Below, in pieces: positions 48,199-57,087 of a DNA stretch of 64,000 bases (positions are counted from its first letter, which is position 1; the number at the start of each line of letters is the position of its first letter). The DNA lies in contig CAZIXA010000011.1 in NCBI GenBank assembly GCA_964543295.1, forward strand, positions 999-64,998, given 5' to 3'. The DNA is from an uncultured Clostridia bacterium. Lineage in GTDB: Bacteria; Aerophobota; Aerophobia; Aerophobales; AE-B3A. Under the pieces are notes generated by a model that had not been told where the DNA came from, ran no database searches, and saw only the letters and a list, made by a program, of their open reading frames with translations. The position numbers and the translations under genes are program-made.

Positions 48199-49419
48199 TT
48201 AAAGACTTCTGCAATATTGAGAAATACAGGCTACTCGCTCTATATCAGCAGGAGGCGGAACCTCATCAGATACTCCCAAAATGAGCCTGGGATGAAAAAG
48301 CTCTATTACCTTTCTCGTAAAAGCTTTAAGTTCTTCTAAGGGATAATTAGGGAGAAACATAATAGCTGGAATTCCATCCAGAAGTATTTTATCTCCTATA
48401 AATTCTTTTATTTCTTCTATGCTTACATCTCCTTGGGGAAGAGGAGTCAAAGCTTCCAGACCATCAAAAGGTAAATCTTTAAGGTATTTAAGTAAGGGTT
48501 TGAAGTTTCCATCAATATGAATATGGGTATATATGCCGGCTTTACGCAGTTGCTCTGTTCTCTTTTTGTAAAAAGGGATGCAATACTTTTCAAAATAATA
48601 AGGGGAAATTATATTGGCATCCATATTTTCTCCAAAATTTATTATCTTTACCTTCCCATAAGCAACAATGGTTTTACAAAGAGTTTCATAACAATTATCA
48701 ATTACCCTCATTAGCTTTTCCACTTTTTCTGGAACATCAGCTAGAGCATATATTAAATTTTCTGTACCCATCCAAAATAAAGAAAGCATCTGATAAGGAC
48801 TTCGAGGAAAAAAGAACTGAGGTTCACCTCTGTTTGTCACAAACTTATCCCCTTTTTCAAAATTATCTTTTATGAAGACAAAGTTTACATTTTTAAAAAA
48901 CTCCTGTGCCTTTTCGAGATCTTCGACACTTTTAATGGGAAACTCTGTGATGCGCCAACTTCCATCAGAAGACAATCGTTTCTCTTTTTGAATCATTTCT
49001 CCCTTAGGAGTACTGATAATTATATATTTTTCATTTTCTCTTATTTCCATCCTTTTATTAAACTGTACCTCTAAATCCATGGGTAAACCAGAAAAACTAG
49101 GAATAATGGTATTAGTAATTACATTCCTTTCATTTCTGCTTCTTTCTCTCTCTTTTATTTTTATCTCTTTGGTATACTTTACCCCAACAGCGGATGGCAA
49201 ACCAGTATAATATTCAAAATATCTAAAAGATACTCCTAAGTCATCGAAAAGTTCCATTAAACTCATTTTTCGATATTTTTCCGGAAGAGTTCCCCAGGCT
49301 TTGTTCCACTGATACCACCACTCGATTCGAGGCTGAAATAAAATCTCATTCCTTTCTTTTCTCTCAAATATCTTTAAATTTATCTCCCGCATATTCTTTT
49401 TCTTTTGCCTAATTAACAT
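48199..49419 (-). CDS. URO-D/MtaA-like family protein (divergent, with a K/E/R-rich N-terminal insert)
   Basis: 406 aa. The C-terminal two thirds align in pattern with URO-D-like proteins (IHIDGN..., LILGVSDEVPPPADIERV). The start is uncertain (ATG at 49419 or 49392; no clear RBS). Confidence 0.65.
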   Translation of the reverse strand: MLIRQKKKNMREINLKIFERKERNEILFQPRIEWWYQWNKAWGTLPEKYRKMSLMELFDDLGVSFRYFEYYTGLPSAVGVKYTKEIKIKERERSRNERNVITNTIIPSFSGLPMDLEVQFNKRMEIRENEKYIIISTPKGEMIQKEKRLSSDGSWRITEFPIKSVEDLEKAQEFFKNVNFVFIKDNFEKGDKFVTNRGEPQFFFPRSPYQMLSLFWMGTENLIYALADVPEKVEKLMRVIDNCYETLCKTIVAYGKVKIINFGENMDANIISPYYFEKYCIPFYKKRTEQLRKAGIYTHIHIDGNFKPLLKYLKDLPFDGLEALTPLPQGDVSIEEIKEFIGDKILLDGIPAIMFLPNYPLEELKAFTRKVIELFHPRLILGVSDEVPPPADIERVACISQYCRSL

Positions 49420-49538
49420 TTTTACAAAAACTATAGCTTCCCCGTTAACTTCTCATCAGCCAAAGTCTCTCTGATAAGACTTACCTTGATTAAGTCCTTG
49501 TTTTTGTACTTCTCAGGAAGGATTCCCTTTTTTAGAGG

Positions 49539-50339
49539 TCATCTTGACCACTGTGCAAATAAGCCAGCTATGAACCACTTTTGAAAAAAAAGAAAGAGAA
49601 CCAGAGGGGGTATCAAGGTCAAGATTCCGGCTGCACACAGGCCCTCCCAGTACATCCCCCATGTCCCAATGAATGACAAGAGCCCCTGTGGTAGAACTCT
49701 CACCGACATAGATGAAGTAAGAGCGGCTGCATACAGGTAGTTGTTCCAGGTAGTTATAAAGACAAAGACAATGACGGCAACCAAACCAGGAAGCATCAAA
49801 GGCAGGGCGATCCGGAAAAGAACACTTATTTTGGAACAACCATCTAATAATCCCGCTTCCTCAATCTCCACCGGAGTATTTAGAATAAAATTTCTCAGCA
49901 TCCAGAGAGCAAAGGGTGTATTAAAGACACTGTTGACTAAAATCAGAGCTATAAAAGAGTCGTAGACTCCCAGTTTATACATATAGGAAACCAGGGGAAC
50001 GAGAATGGCGATTAAAGGAAGAAGAGGAAATACTAGAAGCAAAATTCCAAATTGCTTTCCTGGGAAATTGCAACGAGCCAGAGCATATGCACCTAACAGA
50101 GCCAGGGGCAAGGTAAGCGCTACCGCCCCTAAGGTGACGATTAAGCTATTTTTGAAGTAAAGTAAGAATGCCGGCCTGACAAATAACGATTGATAATGCT
50201 CAAGAGTGAGCTTGCTTGGTATGAAACTGGTTTCGTAGCGAGGAGAAAAGGAAGTTCTTATTCCCCAAAAAAGGGGGAACAACACAAACACGGAGATAAG
50301 CAAAAATCCAATCCAGCTAACCGTATCTTTTACCTTCAT
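49539..50339 (-). CDS. carbohydrate ABC transporter permease (MalG-like)
   Basis: 266 aa with the EAA loop EEAGLLDGCSKISVLFRIALPLMLP. Confidence 0.9.
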   Translation of the reverse strand: MKVKDTVSWIGFLLISVFVLFPLFWGIRTSFSPRYETSFIPSKLTLEHYQSLFVRPAFLLYFKNSLIVTLGAVALTLPLALLGAYALARCNFPGKQFGILLLVFPLLPLIAILVPLVSYMYKLGVYDSFIALILVNSVFNTPFALWMLRNFILNTPVEIEEAGLLDGCSKISVLFRIALPLMLPGLVAVIVFVFITTWNNYLYAAALTSSMSVRVLPQGLLSFIGTWGMYWEGLCAAGILTLIPPLVLFLFFQKWFIAGLFAQWSR

Positions 50340-51250
50340 CAGTAATGTTCTGCTCCACCCATTAGTTTGAAATAAAAGATCATGAAAATAGCACTCATCA
50401 TGAGCAAGAAAACCCCAATTGTTGCTCCATAGCTTAGATTAAAGTTAATAAATGCATCTTTGAAAAGACGTACCGCAGTTACCTCAGTGCTATAGCCAGG
50501 CCCCCCTTGAGTCAAGGCATACACAGTCTCTGCATCCTGCAGAGTCCACATAGTTATTATGAGTAACACAATGGTTAGGTGGATTTTCGTCAACGGAAAT
50601 GTGATATGACCGAATCTAGCCCAGGCCCCGGCTCCATCCACTTTTGCCGCTTCATAAAGTTCGGTGGGAATAGTAGCTATTCCTGCAGCTAGAAAGAGCA
50701 TCACAAAAGAAAAAGATCTCCAGAAACTATGCCCGATTATGGTTAGCATAGCTAGGGTGGAGTCGGCAAGAATGATGTAACGCTTTCCTGTTATCACTTC
50801 TAGCAAGGTTGTTATGGGACCAAAGGAGGGATCCACCATTGACCTAAACAGGATTGCACTAACAACGGGTGCTACGATAAATGGAATTAAAAAAATTGAT
50901 CTAAAAAATTGTGTCCCTCTTAACTTCCCGGTGATGAGAAGAGCTGCAGCATATGCAAGGGGGATCGAAAATCCTACGTTTCCGGCTACATAGAGTACAG
51001 AAAAAAGCAAATTATTCCTAAATCTTTCCTCTCCGAAGAGCAAGCTATAATTTCTGAATCCAACAAATTCCGAGACACCTTTTAAAGAGATCTTTTGAAA
51101 GCTCATATAAATTCCGGAAACCAAGGGTGCGGCTAAGAAAAATATTAGTAGAATAACACTGGGCAGTAAAAAAAGATAAGGGAGCTTGTATCCCCAGAGA
51201 ATATGCAAGCCCCCTTTTTTAGACCGCATCTGTTTTCCGCTTTTTTCCAT
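50339..51250 (-). CDS. carbohydrate ABC transporter permease (MalF-like)
   Basis: 303 aa with the EAA loop YEAAKVDGAGAWARFGHITFPLTK. Confidence 0.9.
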   Translation of the reverse strand: MEKSGKQMRSKKGGLHILWGYKLPYLFLLPSVILLIFFLAAPLVSGIYMSFQKISLKGVSEFVGFRNYSLLFGEERFRNNLLFSVLYVAGNVGFSIPLAYAAALLITGKLRGTQFFRSIFLIPFIVAPVVSAILFRSMVDPSFGPITTLLEVITGKRYIILADSTLAMLTIIGHSFWRSFSFVMLFLAAGIATIPTELYEAAKVDGAGAWARFGHITFPLTKIHLTIVLLIITMWTLQDAETVYALTQGGPGYSTEVTAVRLFKDAFINFNLSYGATIGVFLLMMSAIFMIFYFKLMGGAEHY

Positions 51251-51265
51251 CAGCTTTAATCGATC

Positions 51266-52600
51266 TTACTCTCCGGCGAATTTGGCATTATATTCATCTT
51301 CAAATTTCTTTAACGTCGCCTCAATGGGTGCCTTCTTGATCAATATTTCTTGAAGACAGGCCGCTACTGTGTCCGCTAGCTCACCGTAATGAGCGGTATA
51401 GGGCATGGCCCTTCCATGTTTGGCTGCTTCAAGCCACTTTTTGTAATAATCTGTTTGAAGTTCTGGTTTTTCCCACATGCTCAAGAGAGTTGGAAGTCCA
51501 GCATCCGGATAGTCGATGAGTCGCTCTGGGGTAACTACAAAGTCTATGAGTTTGAAGCTTTCATCTGGATGCTTGCTGAGTTTATTTATGGATAGCGCCC
51601 AGGCATTGGTAAACTGCGCTTGAGGTTTGGTAGGAGTCACAAATATATCAGCCACTGTTGCCTTTCCCCATGGTTTAGGTGGGAAGAGCCCTGTTGTCCA
51701 ACCTTTTTCCTCCACAGGTCCAATCCAGTAGCTTCCCCATCCTGCTGCCATGGCATATTTACCACCTAAAAAACCCAACAGCATTACATCATCATGGGTT
51801 CCACTCACAGCCCACTCAGGGGTAACCTTGTAGGTGTTCACCAGATCGTAGACGAACCTTGTGGCTTTCACTCCGGCTTCGGAAGCAAAATCTGCTCTCT
51901 TAGTCTCAGGATCCCACAGTTCTCCACCGAAATGCCAAATGTAGGGTGCAAAATGAAGTTCAATGGTGGCGCGTGATGGGCCAAAGTATGACCCTAATCC
52001 CTAGATATCAGTTTTTCCATCGCCATTGGTGTCCCTGGTTAAGAATTGAGCATATTTGACCAGAGAATCAAGATCCTCTGGAGTTCGGCCAGGATCAAGC
52101 CCATATTTTTCAAAGAAGTCTCCTCGATAAATAACAAGTCTGGTATGTATTCCCAAAGGGACTCCTAAGGGAAAGCACTTTTTCCAAACCGGCGTCCAAT
52201 TAATATCTCCCGCTCTTGTCTTTGGCCATTTTGCGGCGTAAGATGTGAGATCCAGATAGTCACCGGCAATAAAGTGTTTGGGCATCAGCTGAGGAGAACT
52301 CATCATAACATCGTGAGGGATTCCAGCCGCGTAATCTCTTATGGACCTGATGTCTATCTCATCCCATTTAGCCCACTCGAACTCTACCTTGATACCAGGA
52401 TTTTCCTTCTCAAAAGCCGCCACTGTTTTTTCTAACCACTCTACACACATCACATGGCCTGGCCCTGCCGCAGGATCATAGAAGTGAGCAAATTTAATGG
52501 TAACAGGCTTCTGAGCTAATGAAGGTACCAGTCCCATCCACATTATAAGCCCAACCGCCAGAACTGTTATAACAACCCTTTTTTTAAATATTTTCTCCAT
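51266..52600 (-). pseudogene. ABC sugar-binding protein split by a single in-frame TAG
   Basis: ORFs 52001-52600 (signal peptide, N-lobe) and 51266-51871 (C-lobe) are in the same frame. The sequence reads ...TNGDGKTDI-TAG(52003-52001)-GLGSYFGPSRATIELHF..., which is continuous SBP sequence. Confidence 0.8.
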
Positions 52601-52795
52601 TGGTCACCCTCCCTTTTATAAATTTTTTCCTCTTTCTTTATCTTGAAACTCAGGTTGGCCCTCCCTGCCTCAGGCAGGCTTGTTTACCTTCTCACCCCCT
52701 TCCGGGCCTTTTATCTTCTTTATCTTCTGGAGACCAACCAATTAACTAAATAATAACCAACAGAAAATAATAGAGGCTACAGACACCCGGGATAT

Positions 52796-53098
52796 CTAAG
52801 AAGATTCTCTAATTATTAAATCAGCCGCTACCAGAATTTTAGTCTTTTTTGAATTGTTACCGGTAATGTTTTCAATGAGCAGGCTTGTCGCCAGATACCC
52901 TAAATCATAGGGATGTAAATCAACTGTAGTTATAGCAGGCTGGAAGTGAACAAGCTTCTTCAAGGGCCAGTTTATAACCTCGTAACCTATCTATACAAAA
53001 TGTGAATTTATTAGGCGCGGTAACAAAAGCAATCCTTCGATGCCCGAGCTCAATAAGATGTTTCGATGCTACATATTCAGGAAAATTATGCCATACAT
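52796..53098 (-). pseudogene. LacI-family regulator remnant (no HTH, frameshifted, internally deleted)
   Basis: The reverse strand reads NFPEYVASKHLIELGHRRIAFVTAPNKFTFCIDRLRGYKLALEEA..., then a stop. The frame then shifts to ...TKILVAADLIIRESS and a stop, resembling the typical LacI C-terminal LivReST ending. Confidence 0.6.
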
Positions 53099-53127
53099 AT
53101 TTTTTTTGTCAAACCCCCCATTTTCGT

Positions 53128-53181
53128 CTGCCATCCTTTGAGAAAATGTCCCTACCATTAACGTTTAAGATAGAAAATTTG
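53128..53181 (+). repeat. 54-bp direct repeat, copy 2
   Basis: CTGCCATCCTTTGAGAAAATGTCCCTACCATTAACGTTTAAGATAGAAAATTTG matches 43283-43336 at 50 of 54 positions. The flanks are unrelated. Confidence 0.85.
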
Positions 53182-53333
53182 GAATTTTTAACCCGTGCGG
53201 GATTAGAAAAATAAAAACTGGGCTTAAGAGATTTTTGACTAAGAGTTGGCGCAACTTGAGGGAAAGATTACAAGGGAGTGATGGTATTATAAAGCAAAAG
53301 GTACCGCTCTCTTTATGAAAGATCAGCTATTTT

Positions 53334-53816
53334 TTAGGTAGGTTGGCCAAAATCCTCCGGTCTTAGATCCTTCAATCTTTTCTTGAAATCCTCTATCTCC
53401 TCCTCCTTGATGGGAGGCTTGTCTCCTATGGCTATCTTGTCCAGCACTGTCTCGTCTATAAAAATAGGTACCTTCAGCCTAAGAGCCAGGGCTATAGCAT
53501 CACTGGGGCGAGAATCGACCTGAAGAGGCTCTCCATTTCTCCTCATTAAAATACGGGCATAAAAGGTATTATGTCTGAGGTCGCTTATTATTATTCGGTC
53601 CACCCTGCCGTTAAGCTTCTCAATTAGAGATTTAGCCAGATCATGAGTTAAGGGTCGGGGTGGTCTAACATTCTCCAGAGCAAGGGCAATAGCCTGTGCC
53701 TCAAATAGTCCAATCCAAATGGGGAGTGTTTTATCTCCATCTTTTTCCTTCAACACAATGACTGGCATCTTTGAATTAACATCGATAGCCACTTTGGAAA
53801 CGGTTACTTCTATCAT
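53334..53816 (-). CDS. bifunctional nuclease (BFN/DUF151) family protein
   Basis: 160 aa with PVIVLKEKDGDKTLPIWIGLFEAQAIALALENVRPPRPLTHDL, the characteristic BFN core. Confidence 0.8.
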   Translation of the reverse strand: MIEVTVSKVAIDVNSKMPVIVLKEKDGDKTLPIWIGLFEAQAIALALENVRPPRPLTHDLAKSLIEKLNGRVDRIIISDLRHNTFYARILMRRNGEPLQVDSRPSDAIALALRLKVPIFIDETVLDKIAIGDKPPIKEEEIEDFKKRLKDLRPEDFGQPT

Positions 53817-53923
53817 TTTATCACCTCTTTCACGAAATTGATAGCGTCAATTTCCAATATTCAGGCGAGGTTGGTAGTCCAAAACCTGTAAGTTATCAGA
53901 AGCGACTCCCATTAACACCTTCC

Positions 53924-55150
53924 TCAACTCCCCACCATATGTCCACATCCCATTAGGTCCATAATCGCCCTGTTTAACTCAACCCCGGTAAGATGCCCCA
54001 GACATCCGCAAGCAGTGGAGATCTCGTCAAAAAATTTCACTTTATCCCGTCTAACCCCATTTCCATAAAATAAAACTGGCACTGGATCGCTGCTGTGTCT
54101 TTTAAGGGAAAGAGGCGTGCTATGGTCAGCCGTTACGATAAGATAGATAGCCTCCTGGCACAGAATCTGGACTAATTTATCTACTTTTTCAATCATCAAA
54201 AGTTTTCCCTCAAGGTTTCCATCATGGCTTGCATTATCCGCCCCCTTGACATGGACAAAGACAAAGTCAAATTCTTCCAGGGCCTCTCGAGCTGCCTTGG
54301 CTTTCGCCTTAATGTCTGTATCTATTCTTCCCGTAGCTCCAGGAACTTTAAGAACCTCCATTCCTACATATTTGGCAACTCCCTTGTATAAAGCAGATCC
54401 AGCTATGCAGCAGCCCCTGATTCCATACCTATCCTTTATGGACTCCACTTTCTCATATACTCCCGCCCCCCGGGTAAGAATTACATTTGCCGGAAGCCTG
54501 CCTTCTTTTTCCCTTTGTTTGTTTAAAGGATGGGAAGCAAGGCGAGACCTACTTTCTCTAACGACCTCATTTACAATTCTTGCCGTTTTTTTTGCCGCCT
54601 GGCTATCATTTTGAGGAGTTGATTCCAGGAGAGGTAGTGGTTCAGACGAGTGGGGATCTGTATCAGAAACAGCCGGGGAAAGACCGTCTCCCCGCAGAAC
54701 CAACGCTCCCCTGTGTTCAGTTGAAGGAAGGAAAATCGCCCTCACTCCCTCTATCTTAATTCCCTGCAAGAATTTGGCTAGTTGGGGACCCTCATCCTTT
54801 AAACGGCCTGCTCTCCTATCGATCACTTTTAGATTTTTATCTACAGTAGCGAAGTTACACCTGAAAGCTACATCACCATCCTTTAACTCAAATCCAACTC
54901 CTAGGACCTCAAAAGGACCTCTTCCTTTATAATAGATGGCGGGATCATATCCAAAAAGAGCCAGGTGTGCTGTATCACTTCCCGGAATAACTCCCCGGCC
55001 CAGCGTGCTCATTAAACCAGTAGAACCCTCCCTGGCTAGTTTATCAAGAACTGGCTTTCTGGCAAGCTGTAGAGGAGTTTTTCCATCCTTTGCTATCCGG
55101 TCTCCTAATCCATCTACCACCACCAGTATAGCCTTCTTTTCCAGGGACAT
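53924..55150 (-). CDS. apgM: cofactor-independent phosphoglycerate mutase, archaeal type
   Basis: 408 aa with ILVVVDGLGD at the N-terminus and TADHSTP near the C-terminus (alkaline-phosphatase-superfamily metalloenzyme motifs of ApgM). Confidence 0.85.
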   Translation of the reverse strand: MSLEKKAILVVVDGLGDRIAKDGKTPLQLARKPVLDKLAREGSTGLMSTLGRGVIPGSDTAHLALFGYDPAIYYKGRGPFEVLGVGFELKDGDVAFRCNFATVDKNLKVIDRRAGRLKDEGPQLAKFLQGIKIEGVRAIFLPSTEHRGALVLRGDGLSPAVSDTDPHSSEPLPLLESTPQNDSQAAKKTARIVNEVVRESRSRLASHPLNKQREKEGRLPANVILTRGAGVYEKVESIKDRYGIRGCCIAGSALYKGVAKYVGMEVLKVPGATGRIDTDIKAKAKAAREALEEFDFVFVHVKGADNASHDGNLEGKLLMIEKVDKLVQILCQEAIYLIVTADHSTPLSLKRHSSDPVPVLFYGNGVRRDKVKFFDEISTACGCLGHLTGVELNRAIMDLMGCGHMVGS

Positions 55151-55383
55151 CTTTCGCTACCATTCTTAAGATATTATATTGGATCTATCTTGTCAACAAT
55201 TATCTCGGGATGGTTCCCCTCCGTCGCTGTATTAGTATAGCGGCTAGCGTAGAGCGTATAGAGTAAATCTGAAAGTGGTAGTCGCTTAGGGTTTTGCTAT
55301 CCGCTAAACGCTATACGCTCTCTTTGAGGAAAGTCCCTCGATACGCGTATAAATTTTCTAAATACTTTCTTGCTGATATCAAG

Positions 55384-56517
55384 TTAATAGCGTTGCTCTA
55401 TGGTTGTGCCTGGATAATAAAACTGGAGAATTTCCTTGGTGCTATAGCCTTTCTCAGCCATTCCCCTGGCTCCCCACTGACACATCCCCACTCCATGACC
55501 TGACCCTCTCCCGGTGAAGATAAAATATCTAGCATATCTGATGACTTTGAATAAGGTGCTTTTTATATTATCGGATCCCACTTTGCTACGAAATTCACTC
55601 CCCTTTAGGTATTTTTCTCCTCCCCGGTATTCTATCCTTAACTGTTTGACCCGGCCACTGTCATCAATGCTGAGTGGCTGAATCCGGTAGAGTTTACCCA
55701 GTGGTAGTCCGGCCTTCCTCAGAAGCTTCCCCAGCTTTTCAGCTTCAACCTTCCACTGCCAATCATAGTAAGGACTGTCTTTACAGAATGGATCGGCTCT
55801 GACTTCAAGGTAGGGAAATGGTTTTCCCCAGACATCAGCGCTGGCGGCGGTATATCCTCCACAACAGGCATTATAATGAGCATTTATTAGCTGTCCTTCG
55901 TAGGTGATTACCTTGCCCCGCGTGGAGTCAACCGAGTTTGTACTACGAGGGTCTTCTGATTCGACTCCTCCGTATACCTGATCGTCCTCTGTGCTTAAGA
56001 GGTGATAGTCTTGATTTTCCGGTAAAGCCATCTCTAATTTCTTCAAAGCATAGGTTCTAGCTGCAATAACCTGGGCAGCCACAGCCACAGGGGGCCAGTC
56101 GGGAGAAATTTCCCATTTGATCACCCCATAAAGATATTCTTCCAGGGGAAGCTCATTTATGACCTCAAGAAACTGGCCCTTCTTTTTAATGAGAAGACTA
56201 CCCCGATATCTTCGCCAATCAACTAAACATAGAGAACTGTCTGTTTCAGGTATTATCCAGACACTACTTCCCCAATTTCTTTGCCCTATCATTATCCCGC
56301 TTGGGGAAGACTCGATTTTTAATGGCGAGTTAGAGGGTGAGAAATGGTGAATATTTCCTTTCCCTTCAACTCGAAAAGCATCCGTCGCGCCAGCCTGGAT
56401 AATTTCTTTTTCTGAGATCTTCACGCGAATAGTCGGTGAGGATTGAGCTCCGGCAGTAGAAGAAAATACCAAGGAAAAAGTCATTACTAGCAATATAGCT
56501 AATACTTTCATATTCAA
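55384..56517 (-). CDS. SpoIID/LytB-domain protein
   Basis: 377 aa. Signal peptide, then AQVIAARTYAL, YNACCGGYTA and GHGVGMCQWGA (SpoIID amidase-enhancer/lytic transglycosylase motifs). TTG start at 56517 or ATG at 56511. Confidence 0.85.
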   Translation of the reverse strand: MNMKVLAILLVMTFSLVFSSTAGAQSSPTIRVKISEKEIIQAGATDAFRVEGKGNIHHFSPSNSPLKIESSPSGIMIGQRNWGSSVWIIPETDSSLCLVDWRRYRGSLLIKKKGQFLEVINELPLEEYLYGVIKWEISPDWPPVAVAAQVIAARTYALKKLEMALPENQDYHLLSTEDDQVYGGVESEDPRSTNSVDSTRGKVITYEGQLINAHYNACCGGYTAASADVWGKPFPYLEVRADPFCKDSPYYDWQWKVEAEKLGKLLRKAGLPLGKLYRIQPLSIDDSGRVKQLRIEYRGGEKYLKGSEFRSKVGSDNIKSTLFKVIRYARYFIFTGRGSGHGVGMCQWGARGMAEKGYSTKEILQFYYPGTTIEQRY

Positions 56518-56524
56518 AATTCTA

Positions 56525-56674
56525 TTCAGCCGCGGATTTACGCTGATATTTTTCTTTTATCATCATATACAAATCTTTTGAATTCTGGTTTTCTACCAAA
56601 ATTCAACAATAAGCTAGCCTCAATAGTTGTCGCCTTCAAGTAATTAATTTATCTGTGTGAATCTGTGGCTAAAC
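56525..56674 (-). repeat. intergenic repeat element, copy B (full-length, with imperfect terminal inverted repeats)
   Basis: Core aligns with 16378-16500. The left end TTCAGCCGCGGATTTACGCTGATA matches the reverse complement of the right end, TTTAGCCACAGATTCACACAGATA (18/24). Palindrome at 56578-56606. Confidence 0.85.
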
Positions 56675-56682
56675 AATTACTT

Positions 56683-57087
56683 TTAGGTTTTATAAATCTT
56701 TTTCGGATCAAAGACTTTCTTTGCCACCAGTTCTAGTTCTCCTTTCTCGTTCACCTTTCTAAAAAAACAGGATCTATAGCCGGTGTGGCAGGCAGCTTTT
56801 ACCTGCTCAACTTTAATGAGTAGAACATCTTCATCACAATCTACCCGAATCTCTTTTACCAACTGATAGTGACCCGACATCTCCCCTTTTGGCCAGATCC
56901 TCTTCCTGGATCTACTCCAAAAGTGGGTTTTATCAGTCTCTAAGGTTTTTTCCAGAGCCTCCCGGTTCATCCAGGCCATCATAAGAACTTCCCCGGTTTC
57001 GAAATCCTGGATTATTACCGGAATTAACCCCTCCCTATTGAAACTGAGCTTTTTCACTAAATTCATAACCATGCGTTCGTAATTCAT
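56683..57087 (-). CDS. hisI: phosphoribosyl-AMP cyclohydrolase
   Basis: 134 aa with [19 protein letters not shown]...[13 protein letters not shown]...[11 protein letters not shown] (PRA-CH signature). No fused HisE domain. Confidence 0.9.
   Translation of the reverse strand: MNYERMVMNLVKKLSFNREGLIPVIIQDFETGEVLMMAWMNREALEKTLETDKTHFWSRSRKRIWPKGEMSGHYQLVKEIRVDCDEDVLLIKVEQVKAACHTGYRSCFFRKVNEKGELELVAKKVFDPKKIYKT

Noticed and set aside
49513-49839. Same-strand out-of-frame ORFs nested in genes: 8704-8985, 16604-16816, 29156-29341, 31911-32150, 39115-39324, 49513-49839, 57986-58189 and 59286-59693.
   Set aside because: Each overlaps a longer ORF with clear family motifs. None has recognisable domains or independent translation signals.
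52001-52003. The in-frame TAG in the binding-protein gene as pyrrolysine or stop-codon recoding, tempting because MtaA/URO-D-like genes are nearby.
   Set aside because: TAG is used as an ordinary stop by intact genes here (for example the SBP ending at 10203 and the E1 gene ending at 13989). No pyl genes are visible. The interrupted position normally holds Tyr or Trp in SBPs, so a simple nonsense mutation or sequencing error is far more likely.
43283-53181. The repeat-bracketed island as a prophage or ICE.
   Set aside because: It contains no integrase, recombinase, conjugation or phage structural genes. The content is purely carbohydrate utilisation. It is kept only as an att-like geometry finding.
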